The position numbers were made by a program, and so were the translations under genes. A DNA stretch of 64,000 nucleotides from contig CAZSBA010000002.1 in assembly GCA_964605035.1 (NCBI GenBank), forward strand, positions 29 to 64,028. Direction: 5' to 3'. Each line of letters begins with the position of its first letter. Position 1 is the stretch's first letter. Under the pieces are notes generated by a model, which saw nothing but the letters and a program-made list of their open reading frames with translations, ran no database searches and was not told the DNA's origin. Source of the DNA: an uncultured Proteiniphilum sp. (GTDB taxonomy: Bacteria > Bacteroidota > Bacteroidia > Bacteroidales > Dysgonomonadaceae). This document shows positions 9,822 to 21,455 of the stretch, piece by piece.

Positions 9822-10748
9822 ATGATAAACAGAAATTTGATTCGTATTAGAGTAGTCCAGTTAGTATATTCATGGTATCAGGGTACGAATAAAGATTTAA
9901 GAAAAGCCGAAAAAGAATTACTGTTCGGTTTACAGAAATCATACGATCTTTACTATTACATGTTTCTATTGATGATAGAAGTCACAAAGATGTATGATAG
10001 CAGGGTAGAAACAAAGAGAAATAAATTCCTGCCCACAAATGAAGATATTAACCCTAACACACAGATGCTTAGGAACAAGTTTATACTTCAACTTGAAAAC
10101 AACGATCAATTAAGTAGTTATATTAACGAACGACCAATGTCATGGTCTGAGAACGAGACATTCGTAAAAAATCTTCTAGAGACAATTTTATCATCAGATA
10201 CCTACCTACACTATTCTCAAATCGATAATCCAACATACGATGAAGACAGAGAGTTTTGGAGAAAAATATTTAAACAGTATATCTACGGTAATGAAGAGTT
10301 AGATAGTCTTCTTGAAGATGAATGCATCTATTGGAATGATGATGTAGAGATAGTTCAATCATTTGTACTTAAAACAATTAAAAAGTTTTCAGCAGAATTA
10401 GGAGCTAAACAGCCCCTATTACCTATGTTTAAAGATGAAGAAGATAAAAATTTCGCACTTAAACTTTTGCATGAAACAATTTTGAGCGAAAAAAAATTCA
10501 GAGAACTAATAGAGAATCACACAGACAAATGGGATTTTGAAAGAATTGCGCTGATGGATCTAGTAATCATGCAAATTGCGCTTGCTGAGATTTTCAGCTT
10601 CGATTCAATTCCAATTAGTGTATCACTAAATGAGTATATTGAGATTTCAAAATCATACAGTACTCCTAAGAGTGGAACATTTATAAATGGAATTTTAAAT
10701 GCAATTGTGCAGTATATAAAAAAAGAAAACATTATCTTTAAAAATTAA
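9822..10748 (+). CDS. nusB: Transcription antitermination factor NusB (long Bacteroidetes form)
   Basis: MINRNLIRIRVVQ start, SLNEYIEISKSYSTPKSGTFINGIL; promoter-like TACTTTTG just upstream. Confidence 0.93.
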   Translation: MINRNLIRIRVVQLVYSWYQGTNKDLRKAEKELLFGLQKSYDLYYYMFLLMIEVTKMYDSRVETKRNKFLPTNEDINPNTQMLRNKFILQLENNDQLSSYINERPMSWSENETFVKNLLETILSSDTYLHYSQIDNPTYDEDREFWRKIFKQYIYGNEELDSLLEDECIYWNDDVEIVQSFVLKTIKKFSAELGAKQPLLPMFKDEEDKNFALKLLHETILSEKKFRELIENHTDKWDFERIALMDLVIMQIALAEIFSFDSIPISVSLNEYIEISKSYSTPKSGTFINGILNAIVQYIKKENIIFKN

Positions 10749-10774
10749 TATATCAAACTATAAAAAATACTCTT

Positions 10775-11083
10775 ATGAATATTTTATTACAATTACCAGC
10801 CGGTGGAGCTGGCGGAATGGGCAGCACACTTTTTATGCTTGTTGCAATTATTGCAGTATTCTATTTCTTTATGATACGCCCGCAACAAAAAAAACAAAAA
10901 GAATTGCAAAAAAGTCGCGAAGCAATGACAACTGGCGACAAAGTAGTTACCGCTGGAGGTATTCACGGCAGAATTAAAGAAGTTGGCGATACCTGGTTCT
11001 TAGTAGAGGTAGCTGATGGGGTTAAAATTAAATTCGAAAAAACGTCGGTATTCGCATCTTCCAAAGATGTAACAGTTCAATAA
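10775..11083 (+). CDS. yajC: Preprotein translocase subunit YajC
   Basis: Motifs FFMIRPQQKKQK and GDKVVTAGGIHG. Confidence 0.95.
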   Translation: MNILLQLPAGGAGGMGSTLFMLVAIIAVFYFFMIRPQQKKQKELQKSREAMTTGDKVVTAGGIHGRIKEVGDTWFLVEVADGVKIKFEKTSVFASSKDVTVQ

Positions 11084-11097
11084 ACACACACCCTGTT

Positions 11098-12090
11098 ATG
11101 GATCTAAAAGCTGTATTCAGGGAATGGATGCCAAAAGTAAAGGATTATTTTTCCACATTCCCGTGGAAAAATACGTTCACCTTCCTATTTTTCATACTAA
11201 TGGCTTTCATATTCTGGTTAATGCTTTTTTTTCAGAAAGAGAACGTAGAGGGAACATATAGATTTGCTATAAAATATACTAATATCCCTGAGGATGTTGT
11301 ATTCAACAATCCTCTACCTCAGTATATAGACATAAGTATCACTGATGATGGATCAGAGATCTTTAAACTGGACATTACAAAAAAAGATACTTTAGTAATT
11401 GATGTTGCAGATATTACTGAGGGGGGCACGAGTATACTACAAGGAGAAGGATTTCGTCAGTTATTATCCTCTCAATTTGCATCTACTACAAGAATAAGAG
11501 GATATTATCCAATGACTATCTCTTTAGCCACTTCCAAACTAGAAAGTAAAGAATTGAAAGTGACATTTGACGGAGAAATCACCACTAGCCGTGCCAACCT
11601 GGTTGCTGACAATATTAGCTTTATTCCTCCTACTGTTACGGCATATGGCTCTAAAGAGTCTCTTAAAAGCCTAAATACAGCAATAACAGAGTATACAATA
11701 TTCAAAAATATAAATGCAACGTCACAACTTCCAGTCACAATTTATCCTATTGAAGGAATAAAATTCTCTCCACCCGAGGTTGAGATCTACATACCTATAG
11801 TAGAGTACACAGAACGAACATTTGAAATTCCAATAAAGGCAAATCACCTTCCCAGAAATCTTGATGTGAAGTTTTTCCCTTCACGTGCCACAGTTTCTTT
11901 TTCTGTTACCCTCGATCAATATAGGGAAATTTCTCCTGAGGATTTCGATATAAACCTTGATTACAGAACTTTCCACGAAAACAAAGATGGAAGAGTAGAG
12001 TTGCAGCTTACAAAAAAACCTTCAACTATTTTAGATCCAAAGATTTCTCCTACCTCGGTCGAGTTTCTTTTTGAAGCCAGTTCAAGATGA
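11098..12090 (+). CDS. YbbR/CdaR-like domain membrane protein
   Basis: N-terminal TM helix and repeated beta-rich modules; sits in the conserved yajC-YbbR-coaE order. Confidence 0.75.
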   Translation: MDLKAVFREWMPKVKDYFSTFPWKNTFTFLFFILMAFIFWLMLFFQKENVEGTYRFAIKYTNIPEDVVFNNPLPQYIDISITDDGSEIFKLDITKKDTLVIDVADITEGGTSILQGEGFRQLLSSQFASTTRIRGYYPMTISLATSKLESKELKVTFDGEITTSRANLVADNISFIPPTVTAYGSKESLKSLNTAITEYTIFKNINATSQLPVTIYPIEGIKFSPPEVEIYIPIVEYTERTFEIPIKANHLPRNLDVKFFPSRATVSFSVTLDQYREISPEDFDINLDYRTFHENKDGRVELQLTKKPSTILDPKISPTSVEFLFEASSR

Positions 12091-12662
12091 TCAGGATTGG
12101 AATTACCGGAGGAATTGGAAGTGGAAAATCAGTAGTATGTGATATTCTACGCCTTCATAATATAGCAATATTTGATGCAGACAAAGAAGCTAAAACACTA
12201 AACAACAGTTCAGTTATTATAAGAGAGCAGTTAATAAACCATTTTGGCAAAGACATTTATACTGATAACACACTCAATCGGAAATTATTCGCAGAACTAA
12301 TTTTCAATAATGAGGATAACCTAAGAATTGCCAATTCAATAATTCACCCTGAAGTATCGAAATCTTTCATAAAGTGGTGTCAACAAAATTCAAGTTCGAG
12401 TATAATTGCAATAGAGTCGGCAATTATAATTGAAGCTGGGTTTAGAAAGCATATCGACAAACTTATAACAATATACACACCTGAGGAGTTACGTATAAAC
12501 AGAGTTGCCAGTCGCGACAGAACAAGTGTGAAAAACATAAAAGCTCGAATAGACAGCCAAATATCTGAAGAAGAAAAAATTAAACTTTCAGACTATACAA
12601 TTTTAAACGACAATTCACATTCTTTAATATTGCAAGTATCAGAAATTATTGAGAACCTCTGA
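12087..12662 (+). CDS. coaE: Dephospho-CoA kinase
   Basis: Motifs IGITGGIGSGKS, FDADKEAK, IIHP and RIDSQ. Confidence 0.95.
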   Translation: MIRIGITGGIGSGKSVVCDILRLHNIAIFDADKEAKTLNNSSVIIREQLINHFGKDIYTDNTLNRKLFAELIFNNEDNLRIANSIIHPEVSKSFIKWCQQNSSSSIIAIESAIIIEAGFRKHIDKLITIYTPEELRINRVASRDRTSVKNIKARIDSQISEEEKIKLSDYTILNDNSHSLILQVSEIIENL

Positions 12663-12851
12663 TTTTAAGCAATATCAAAACTACTTAGTCCATATTTAAC
12701 CTATCCCCGCTATATATTTAACTTATAATTTTCTTTACAAAACACATAAAAAATATATATAGCAAACATAAGAATATCCCGAAGAAGGCAATATTTACAA
12801 TAATCAGTACGATATACAGTTCAGTACAATATAACCCCTTTAAAATCTATT

Positions 12852-12882
12852 TTTGTTTTTTTTAATTTTAGATGTAACTTTG
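12852..12882 (+). promoter_or_regulatory. Bacteroidetes sigma-A promoter TTTG-N19-TAACTTTG
   Basis: TTTG at 12852-12855 and TAACTTTG at 12875-12882, matching the -33/-7 consensus spacing. Confidence 0.7.
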
Positions 12883-12921
12883 CAAGAAAATTACACAACA
12901 CAAGCAATAAACGACAATAGT

Positions 12922-13119
12922 ATGATAGAAGCATTTGGAATAAACGCTGGAAAGATTTGGACAATTCTAGACGAAAAGGGCAAGCAGGATATCAAAGAAG
13001 TAAAAAAAGCCTCAAAACTTACAGACAAAAACCTTTATGCTGCTCTTGGATGGCTTGGTAGAGAGGGAAAGATTAAAATGGAAGAAGTGGGTAAAGACAT
13101 TTTTATTTCTTTAGTATAG
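12922..13119 (+). CDS. Small winged helix-turn-helix protein (DUF2582-like)
   Basis: GINAGKIWTIL...LYAALGWLGREGKI pattern; start at ATG 12922, downstream of the promoter. Confidence 0.8.
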   Translation: MIEAFGINAGKIWTILDEKGKQDIKEVKKASKLTDKNLYAALGWLGREGKIKMEEVGKDIFISLV

Positions 13120-13152
13120 AATATAGAAATTTCAACCGCTAATTACCGACCA

Positions 13153-14025
13153 TTATCTCATTCTGTCAAACCCTTTGCCATATACACCAATAACATTGGT
13201 TTGAGAGACAAAAGCATCAGGATCAATACTTTTAACAAGACGGAATATTGAATTTGATTCGCTACGTTTTGCCATTAATAATAGAACCTTTTGCTCTTTT
13301 TTAGTGTACCACCCCGTACCATCAAGCACCGTGCATCCTCTAGCTAGTTGCATATTTACCTGTGTAGCTATCTCTTCATATTCTTTTGACACAATAAAAA
13401 ACTGTACAGATTGGCGAATACCATTTAATATCCAATCTACGGAAGTAGACATTACTGCAATAATTATTATACCGAAAACAATTGTTTCGATACTTTTAAA
13501 AATTAGAAATGAAGATGAGACGATTATTAAATCTACAAATAACATCGTCCTACCAGGAGTTATATTCCTATACTTGTTTATAATGAGAATTATTATATCT
13601 GTGCCCCCGGTGCTGCTATTTACAGACATAACAAGTCCTACTCCAGAACCTGCAACGATAGCACCTATAAGACCTGCCATTAGAGGTTCTTCTGTCAATA
13701 TTGGAGTAAATAACAGCGACTCAAAAAAACCGAAGAACACTGTTAAAGATACAACACTTATTACAGTTTTTATAAGGAACTCAGTTCCTAGTACTTTGTA
13801 TGAAATAGTTAAAAGAAGGGCATTCATTATCAATACCATCAAAGAAACAGGCAGTCCAAATCCATAATTCAGCAGAACAGCAACACCTGTCAGACCTCCA
13901 AGTACAAACTTGTGTGGCATTATGAACATGGTTACACCCAATGCGTACATAAAAGTACCTAGAAAGATAGTAAGAAAGTCTTTCCAATAGAACTTCTTTA
14001 GACTAAATTGAGGGAGTTTTTCCAT
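13153..14025 (-). CDS. YitT family membrane protein (with DUF2179 domain)
   Basis: Motifs GGLTG, STGGTDII and RGCTVLDGTGWYT; multiple TM helices. Confidence 0.9.
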   Translation of the reverse strand: MEKLPQFSLKKFYWKDFLTIFLGTFMYALGVTMFIMPHKFVLGGLTGVAVLLNYGFGLPVSLMVLIMNALLLTISYKVLGTEFLIKTVISVVSLTVFFGFFESLLFTPILTEEPLMAGLIGAIVAGSGVGLVMSVNSSTGGTDIIILIINKYRNITPGRTMLFVDLIIVSSSFLIFKSIETIVFGIIIIAVMSTSVDWILNGIRQSVQFFIVSKEYEEIATQVNMQLARGCTVLDGTGWYTKKEQKVLLLMAKRSESNSIFRLVKSIDPDAFVSQTNVIGVYGKGFDRMR

Positions 14026-14060
14026 TAACTTATAATACAAAAATCATATAATATAAAAAA

Positions 14061-16814
14061 TTAAACAACCACATTAACTATTTTCTTGGGTACAATAATT
14101 ATTTTCTTAGGTGTTTTTCCTTCTATCCATTTTTGTGAGTTTTTATGCTTCAAGACCACCTCTTCTATCTCTTTGTTAGTAGCATCTGATGAAAACTCCA
14201 GAACAAAACGTGATTTCCCATTGAATGAAATTGAATAAGGGAAAGTATCCTCTACAAGATATTCTTCATTTAATTCTGGCCAACTGGCATCACATACAGT
14301 AGTACTATTACCTAAAGCATGCCACAACTCTTCTGAAATATGAGGAGCAAAAGGGGCTAAACATATAATAAATTGACTGAGAATTGACCTATTATTGCAT
14401 TTCTGAGATGTGAGCTCATTAACGCAAATCATAAAAGCTGAAACCGAAGTATTAAAAGAGAAATTCTCAATATCGAATAATAGCTTTTTAATTAACTTAT
14501 GAAGTATCTTTAACTCTATTTTAGTTGGTTCTTCATTAGAAAGAACTAATTTACCTTCTTTATAAAATAGATTCCATACCTTTCGAAGAAAACGGTGAAC
14601 TCCATCTATACCATTTGTATCCCATGGTTTAGACTGCTCTAATGGACCTAAAAACATCTCATAGAGTCTTAATGTATCTGCACCGTATTTATCTACAATA
14701 TCATCAGGATTTACTACATTATACATCGACTTAGACATCTTTTCTATAGCCCAGCCGCATATATATTTATCATTTTCAAGAATAAACTCTGCTGATTTAT
14801 AATCTGGACTCCAGTCTCTAAACGCATCTATATCGAGTATATCGTTATGCACAATGTTCACATCAACATGAATTGGTGTTACATCATATTTATCCTTAAG
14901 ATTAAGCGACACAAATTTATTTGTTCCTTTTACTCGATATACAAAGTTACTGCGACCCTGTATCATGCCCTGATTTACCAATTTCTTAAACGGCTCCTCT
15001 TCGCATGACAAACCTAGATCAAATAAAAACTTATTCCAAAATCTACTATAAACCAAGTGTCCGGTAGCATGCTCAGTGCCGCCAATGTATAGATCTACGT
15101 TACGCCAATAACTATTGGCTTTTTCCGACACAAGTACTTCGCTGTTATTAGGATCCATATACCGAAGGTAGTATGCAGACGACCCTGCAAATCCGGGCAT
15201 TGTACAAAGCTCAAGAGGGTATCCCTCGCTGCTTTTCCAGTTCTTAGCCCTTCCTAATGGCGGCTCTCCAGTCTCAGTAGGCAGATATTTATCTACTTCA
15301 GGCAATTCTAATGGTAATTCACTCTCATCAAGAGTGTAAGGCATTCCGTCTTTATAGTATATAGGAAAAGGTTCTCCCCAATAACGTTGTCTAGAGAATA
15401 TGGCATCACGTAACCTGTAATTCACTTTTCGATAGCCTAAACCTCTTTCTTCAACGGCACTGATAGCAGCAGGTATAGCCTCCCTAACAGTCATACCATT
15501 TAAGAAATCGGAGTTGATCATAACACCTTCTTTTGCATCAAAACTCTCTTCCGAGACATCACAACCTTCAATAAGTGGTATAATAGGCAATGAGAAATAC
15601 TTGGCAAAATCGTAATCGCGGCTATCATGAGCAGGCACCGCCATAATAGCACCAGTGCCGTATCCGGCCAAAACATAGTCTGAAATCCATATTGGCAAAG
15701 ACTCTCCTGTAAAGGGATGAATGGCATAAGAACCAGAGAATACTCCGGTTACAGTTCTATCAGCAATACGTTCGCGTTCAGTTTTCTTTTTTGTCTTTTC
15801 TATGTAGCTAAGAACTTCATTTTTTTGGCTTTCATTTGTTAGCTGATCTACCAGCTCACTTTCTGGAGCTAGGACCATAAAAGTTACACCAAAAATTGTA
15901 TCTGCACGTGTTGTGAAAATATCAAATGAGATATCATTAGAGGCATTAAAGTGCATAACAGCACCCTCACTGCGTCCTATCCAATACCGCTGAGTTTCTT
16001 TTAGTGATTCAGTCCAATCGATTATATCTAACCCTTCCAATAGTCGCTCTGCATATGCAGAAACTCGAAGACACCACTGACGCATTTTCTTTTGCTCAAC
16101 CGGATACCCTCCTCTTATTGAAAGACCTTCGCTAACTTCATCATTTGCAAGTACAGTACCTAATTGTGCACACCAGTTTACCATAGTGTCACCCAAATAA
16201 GCAATCCGATAATTCATAAGTATTTCTTGTTGCTCTTTCTCGCTTTTCGCATTCCATTCGTCTGATGAAAATTCGAGAATCTCACTGCATGCAACATCTA
16301 AGTTGGAGCTTCCTTTATTCGAGAATATTTGAACAAGCTCAGAAATAGGTCGTGCACTTTTTGCAGTATTGCAATAATATGAGTTAAACATCTTTATGAA
16401 AGCCCATTGTGTCCATTTATAATAATCGGGATCACAAGTGCGTACCTCACGACTCCAGTCGTAAGAGAATCCAATTTTATCAAGTTGTTCTCTGTATCTT
16501 TTTATATTATTTTCGGTTGTAACAGCCGGGTGCTGACCTGTTTGTATAGCATACTGCTCTGCAGGCAAACCATAAGCATCATATCCCATTGGGTGTAGAA
16601 CATTAAACCCCTGCAAACGTTTGTAACGCGAAAATATATCTGATGCTATATAACCAAGGGGATGACCAACATGCAGTCCTGCTCCGGACGGATAAGGAAA
16701 CATATCGAGTACATAATACTTAGGTTTAGTAATATCTTCGGTTACTTTATAGGTTTTGTTATCAACCCAATATTTCTGCCATTGCTTCTCTAACTCTTTG
16801 AAATTATAGTCCAT
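14061..16814 (-). CDS. leuS: Leucine--tRNA ligase
   Basis: [14 protein letters not shown] (HIGH), KMSKS and [12 protein letters not shown]. Confidence 0.98.
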   Translation of the reverse strand: MDYNFKELEKQWQKYWVDNKTYKVTEDITKPKYYVLDMFPYPSGAGLHVGHPLGYIASDIFSRYKRLQGFNVLHPMGYDAYGLPAEQYAIQTGQHPAVTTENNIKRYREQLDKIGFSYDWSREVRTCDPDYYKWTQWAFIKMFNSYYCNTAKSARPISELVQIFSNKGSSNLDVACSEILEFSSDEWNAKSEKEQQEILMNYRIAYLGDTMVNWCAQLGTVLANDEVSEGLSIRGGYPVEQKKMRQWCLRVSAYAERLLEGLDIIDWTESLKETQRYWIGRSEGAVMHFNASNDISFDIFTTRADTIFGVTFMVLAPESELVDQLTNESQKNEVLSYIEKTKKKTERERIADRTVTGVFSGSYAIHPFTGESLPIWISDYVLAGYGTGAIMAVPAHDSRDYDFAKYFSLPIIPLIEGCDVSEESFDAKEGVMINSDFLNGMTVREAIPAAISAVEERGLGYRKVNYRLRDAIFSRQRYWGEPFPIYYKDGMPYTLDESELPLELPEVDKYLPTETGEPPLGRAKNWKSSEGYPLELCTMPGFAGSSAYYLRYMDPNNSEVLVSEKANSYWRNVDLYIGGTEHATGHLVYSRFWNKFLFDLGLSCEEEPFKKLVNQGMIQGRSNFVYRVKGTNKFVSLNLKDKYDVTPIHVDVNIVHNDILDIDAFRDWSPDYKSAEFILENDKYICGWAIEKMSKSMYNVVNPDDIVDKYGADTLRLYEMFLGPLEQSKPWDTNGIDGVHRFLRKVWNLFYKEGKLVLSNEEPTKIELKILHKLIKKLLFDIENFSFNTSVSAFMICVNELTSQKCNNRSILSQFIICLAPFAPHISEELWHALGNSTTVCDASWPELNEEYLVEDTFPYSISFNGKSRFVLEFSSDATNKEIEEVVLKHKNSQKWIEGKTPKKIIIVPKKIVNVVV

Positions 16815-16892
16815 TCCAATACAACTTTTACTACTTTAAAAACGGTGCAAAGATAGTGATTTCTTTGACAAACTGACTGAAAAAAGGCCACT

Positions 16893-18698
16893 CTAATCCT
16901 TGTACATATTTTCTATTACTTCGGCGTATCTTTCAAGAATTACTTTTCTTCGTAACTTAAGTGTATTGGTTAACTCTCCTTTTTCAACACTAAAAGGATC
17001 TGGCAGAAGTGTGAACTTTTTGATTTTTTCATAATTAGTAAACTGCGATTGTAATAACTCTATACGACCAAAAATTAAATCGTTTACTTGATTATTATTC
17101 ATCAAATCGCTTAAACTGGTATATGAAATGCCTTGTTCATCAGCATACTCTTCGATCGATTTATAATTAGGAACAATAAGTGCACTTACGAACTTCCTGT
17201 TGTCTCCGATAATAGCAACTTGGTCTATAAATTTATCCTCCCCTACCCGGGTTTCAATCATTTGAGGTGCAATATATTTACCATTTGATGTTTTATACAG
17301 ATCTTTGATTCGTTCGGTAAGGATTATTTCATAATTATCAGTAATTTTCCCTGCGTCACCAGTTCTAAAGAAGCCATCTTCGGTAAATGCATCTTTTGTA
17401 GCTTCAGGTTTTTTATAATATCCCACCATAACAGTCTCGCCTTTAACAAGGATTTCGTTATTATCCCCAATCTTCACTTCAACATCGGGCATTATTTTAC
17501 CCACTGTACCTATTTTATATCCAGTAGAAGTAAAACAACTAACAGTTGCGGTTGTCTCAGTTAAGCCATAACCATAAATTATATGCACATCTATCGATTG
17601 TAAGAACTCGTTAATATTATCTGAAAGTGGTGCTCCGGCTACAGGAAAAAAGTTTCCACGATCAATACCTACTATACGTTTTATTAGATAATAGACTGTA
17701 TGTTTGTAAAGGTTGAATTTAATTCGGTTACCCAAAGGAGCCTTCTTACCCTCATTAACATATTCTATATTATGGCGTCTTCCCGTTTTCACTGCATCTT
17801 TAAACAACCATTTAATAAGGCCATGTGAGGTATCTATAGTTTCTTTTACCCCATCATAGACCTTCTCCCAGAATCGGGGAACATTACTCATCAGAGAAGG
17901 GCGAATTTCTTTTATTTTTTCTCTTATTTCAGCCGGATTTTTATTAATAGCAACGGTTATACCTTTTGTTAAACAATAGTAAGTCCATGCTTTCTCAAAA
18001 ATATGAGTAAGTGGTAGAAAACACATTGATATTTCTTTCTCTCTAAGTGCAGTTAGCCTAATATCATGTATCTCAAAAACTTTAAGATAGTTAGAATGAT
18101 TGAGCATAACACCTTTTGGCTCTCCCGTGGTACCTGAAGTATAAATTATCGTTGCTAAATCTGTACTCTTCAACTGTCTCATTCTTGCCTGTACTAGAGA
18201 TTGTGACTCTGAGTTTTCTCCAGTAGTAATAAAATCATCAAAATAAACAGATGTCTTGTCTTCAGGGTTTATAACAACATTCCTGTCAAAAACAATAAGT
18301 TTTTTAAGAACAGAGCTCTCTTGCTGAACCTTATATGCATTGTTATATTGAAATTGTTCGCCTACAAAAATTAATTTTATACTAGCATCCTCTACAATAT
18401 ATTTTACCTGACTTGGCGAAGAAGTGGCATACATCGGAACCATCACAGCTTTATTAGCATAAGCCGCAAAATCTGCTATCAGATATTTACTCATATTTTG
18501 TGAGTAAATGCCAATATTATTGTTGGGTTCAACGCCTAATTCTGCCATAGCCTGAGCGGCCATCATGACTTTATCTGAAAAGTTTCCCCATGATAAATCA
18601 ATCCAAGTTTCTCCTGCATCTTGATGCTTTATTGCTGTTTTATTTCTATTTTGATGGGCTTGTTTATGAACTAACTCTCCTAAATGATAGTATACCAT
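16893..18698 (-). CDS. Long-chain fatty acid--CoA ligase (AMP-dependent synthetase)
   Basis: Motifs IIYTSGTTGEPKGVML, YGYGLTET and FFRTGDAG. Confidence 0.92.
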   Translation of the reverse strand: MVYYHLGELVHKQAHQNRNKTAIKHQDAGETWIDLSWGNFSDKVMMAAQAMAELGVEPNNNIGIYSQNMSKYLIADFAAYANKAVMVPMYATSSPSQVKYIVEDASIKLIFVGEQFQYNNAYKVQQESSVLKKLIVFDRNVVINPEDKTSVYFDDFITTGENSESQSLVQARMRQLKSTDLATIIYTSGTTGEPKGVMLNHSNYLKVFEIHDIRLTALREKEISMCFLPLTHIFEKAWTYYCLTKGITVAINKNPAEIREKIKEIRPSLMSNVPRFWEKVYDGVKETIDTSHGLIKWLFKDAVKTGRRHNIEYVNEGKKAPLGNRIKFNLYKHTVYYLIKRIVGIDRGNFFPVAGAPLSDNINEFLQSIDVHIIYGYGLTETTATVSCFTSTGYKIGTVGKIMPDVEVKIGDNNEILVKGETVMVGYYKKPEATKDAFTEDGFFRTGDAGKITDNYEIILTERIKDLYKTSNGKYIAPQMIETRVGEDKFIDQVAIIGDNRKFVSALIVPNYKSIEEYADEQGISYTSLSDLMNNNQVNDLIFGRIELLQSQFTNYEKIKKFTLLPDPFSVEKGELTNTLKLRRKVILERYAEVIENMYKD

Positions 18699-18924
18699 AG
18701 TTTTATTTTTTTTGCTATTTCAAAAGTACATTATTTTATTATCAACTTCGAACAAAAAATTATTTTTTTGGTTTTATAGCATACTGCATCTTATCATCTT
18801 AACTAGTTTTGATAAAATCATTGATGTTTTTTTTCTTAACATTCTTAAAGCTCGAGACTTAATTAACTACACTTAACGAGATTTTATTTTGGTAATTAAA
18901 ACGACTGACTATCTTTGTATCGTT

Positions 18925-19569
18925 ATGAAAAGACTTGGTTATACGTTTCTGATAATATCAATTATGCTTTTACCCTCTTTGGTAAAAGCTCAGGAATATT
19001 ATGCCACAAATATTAATCCCGATAAACAAAACCCAATCTCTACTATATATTTAATGCCTAATGTATACCCTGCCATAGTGGAGCAAGGTGATACTATTGC
19101 ATGTATGTGGCTGGGTGATTTTATAAAATACCCTCCGTTAACTTTCAGAAATAATAAAGAACAAATTGCATACACTAAGCTGATTCGAGATGTAAAAAAA
19201 ACATTGCCTTATGCTAAAGAAATTGCAAATATTATAACTGAAACCTATGAATACATGGAGACTCTACCTAACGAAAAGGTAAGGCAGCAACATCTTAACA
19301 AAATGGAGAAATACCTAACAGACAAGTATACTCCTAAGATGAAAAAGCTCACCAGATCACAGGGTCAATTATTAATGAAACTTGTAGATAGAGAGACCCA
19401 TTCATCCTCTTATCATATTATTGATGCTTTTATGGGTAGCTTTAAAGCATGGTCTGCAAACCTTTTTGCAAAACTTTTCGGCAATGATCTTAAGATGAGA
19501 TACAACCCCTACGGCGAAGATAGAGTAACCGAAAGAGTATGTGTATTAGTTGAACAGGGAGTAGTATAA
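18925..19569 (+). CDS. DUF4294 family protein
   Basis: Signal peptide; LIRDVKKTLPYAK...KLTRSQGQLLMKLVDRET pattern typical of this Bacteroidetes family. Confidence 0.75.
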   Translation: MKRLGYTFLIISIMLLPSLVKAQEYYATNINPDKQNPISTIYLMPNVYPAIVEQGDTIACMWLGDFIKYPPLTFRNNKEQIAYTKLIRDVKKTLPYAKEIANIITETYEYMETLPNEKVRQQHLNKMEKYLTDKYTPKMKKLTRSQGQLLMKLVDRETHSSSYHIIDAFMGSFKAWSANLFAKLFGNDLKMRYNPYGEDRVTERVCVLVEQGVV

Positions 19570-19614
19570 TTTTTTTTACTACCTTTGCACTATTACATTC
19601 ATTTTATTAGATTT

Positions 19615-21324
19615 ATGCGAATAAATTTCCTTTCCTCCTTTCAACCTACCCTATTTCAAAGTTTAAGAACCTACAATAAAGAAAAATTCATGGCAGATTT
19701 GATGTCAGGATTGATTGTGGGTATAGTAGCATTACCACTGGCAATTGCATTTGGAATTGCATCAGGTGTATCACCTGAAAAGGGCATATATACTGCAATT
19801 ATAGCTGGCTTTATAATTTCTTTTCTCGGAGGCAGCACTGTTCAGATTGGAGGACCAACCGGAGCTTTTATAGTTATTGTTTACAGTATTGTAGAACAAT
19901 ATGGAGTGCAAGGGCTTGCAATTGCAACTGTTATGGCTGGACTCATACTTGTTTTTATGGGATTTATGAAGCTTGGATCAATAATTAAATTTGTACCTTA
20001 CCCAATTATAGTTGGTTTTACTAGTGGAATTGCTCTAACAATATTTTCAACACAAATAAAAGATTTTTTTGGTCTTACTACACCAAAGTTGCCTTCTGGC
20101 TTTATTGAAAAATGGATGATTTATTTCCAAAATTTCGATTCAGTTAACTGGTGGGTTGCTATTATTGCCATAGTAAGTGTTGTAATTATAGTTATAACTC
20201 CAAAAATTTCAAGTAAAGTACCTGGTTCACTAGTTGCCATAATTGTTATTACAATAGCTGTATATATCCTTAATAAATATACTGGCATCACTGGCATAGA
20301 AACTATTGGAGATAGATTTATTATTCAGAATCAATTGCCTGAGATAAATCAAATACCCCTAAATCTGGAAAGCATACGGATTCTATTTCCTTCAGCATTT
20401 ACTATTGCTATATTGAGTGCAATTGAGTCGCTACTTTCGGCTACTGTGGCAGATGGCGTAACAGGCAAAAAACACAACTCAAACATGGAGCTTATAGCAC
20501 AGGGTGCTGCAAATATAGTTACTCCATTTTTTGGAGGAATTCCTGCTACAGGGGCAATTGCAAGAACAATGACAAACATTAACAATGGTGGTAGAACACC
20601 TGTTGCAGGTATCATTCATGCTATTGTATTACTCTTAATTGTTTTATTTTTAGGTAATCTCACTAAACACATTCCAATGGCATGTTTAGCAGGAATATTA
20701 GTAGTAGTAGCTTATAACATGAGTGAGTGGAGAACTTTTAGATCACTTATTAAACAATCAGCATCTACTAGAACAATTTTATTAACCACATTTTTGTTAA
20801 CAGTAATTTTCGATCTCACAATAGCTATTGCGGTGGGACTTATTTTAGCGATTTTTGCATTCTTAAAGCGTATAAATGAAAGTACAGAAGTTTCTCATTC
20901 CACAGGTCAGTTAGATTTGAGTGATGAGAGTGAGATACAAAGTACAGTGAAAGAGGATGAGTATGTAAAACTACCCGATTCAGTTGAAGTGTATGAAATA
21001 AGTGGTCCATTCTTCTTTGGTGTTGCAAATAAGTTCGATGAAAAAATGCGACTTTCTAGAAAACACCATAAAATTAGAATAATTAGAATGAGGAAAGTAC
21101 CATTTATTGACTCAACGGGACTTAATAATCTGGAGATACTTTGTCGTAATTCAAAAAAAGAAAAAATACAGGTAATACTTTCAGGTGTAAATGACACAGT
21201 CAAGGAGAAAATAAAACGATCCGAAATTCCGAATTTAATTGGAGAAAAGAATATTTGTTCTAACATTCACCTAGCAGTTGAACGAGCCAAAGAGCTTGAA
21301 AGAATTCCTCAAAATAAAAACTAA
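19615..21324 (+). CDS. SulP family inorganic anion transporter with STAS domain
   Basis: Motifs GIVALPLAIAFGIASG, QIGGPTGAF and PATGAIART; C-terminal STAS (GPFFFG, FIDSTG). Confidence 0.93.
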   Translation: MRINFLSSFQPTLFQSLRTYNKEKFMADLMSGLIVGIVALPLAIAFGIASGVSPEKGIYTAIIAGFIISFLGGSTVQIGGPTGAFIVIVYSIVEQYGVQGLAIATVMAGLILVFMGFMKLGSIIKFVPYPIIVGFTSGIALTIFSTQIKDFFGLTTPKLPSGFIEKWMIYFQNFDSVNWWVAIIAIVSVVIIVITPKISSKVPGSLVAIIVITIAVYILNKYTGITGIETIGDRFIIQNQLPEINQIPLNLESIRILFPSAFTIAILSAIESLLSATVADGVTGKKHNSNMELIAQGAANIVTPFFGGIPATGAIARTMTNINNGGRTPVAGIIHAIVLLLIVLFLGNLTKHIPMACLAGILVVVAYNMSEWRTFRSLIKQSASTRTILLTTFLLTVIFDLTIAIAVGLILAIFAFLKRINESTEVSHSTGQLDLSDESEIQSTVKEDEYVKLPDSVEVYEISGPFFFGVANKFDEKMRLSRKHHKIRIIRMRKVPFIDSTGLNNLEILCRNSKKEKIQVILSGVNDTVKEKIKRSEIPNLIGEKNICSNIHLAVERAKELERIPQNKN

Positions 21325-21384
21325 ATATGTAGAGCCGGCAACTGGTTAATCTTTGTTAACCTACAAATATAAATAAAATCATAT

Positions 21385-21410
21385 GCAACGTTTTTTGTGT
21401 TTTTGCATCT
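21385..21410 (+). promoter_or_regulatory. Candidate ECF-sigma promoter (GCAAC-N16-CATCT) upstream of the NigD-like lipoprotein
   Basis: GCAAC at 21385-21389 and CATCT at 21406-21410; resembles the ECF AAC-N16-CGTC consensus. Confidence 0.45.
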
Positions 21411-21455
21411 ATCATATAAATTCCAAAGAAAAAAGCAAAGACATTTTAAAGAAGT

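Noticed and set aside
13304-13867. 187-aa antisense ORF, plus the many other 60-160 aa overlapping ORFs in the track (e.g. 23992-24471, 45747-46148, 50979-51380, 56556-56960)
   Set aside because: They lie fully opposite or inside well-supported genes, have no recognisable motifs, and are the shadow ORFs expected from codon structure.
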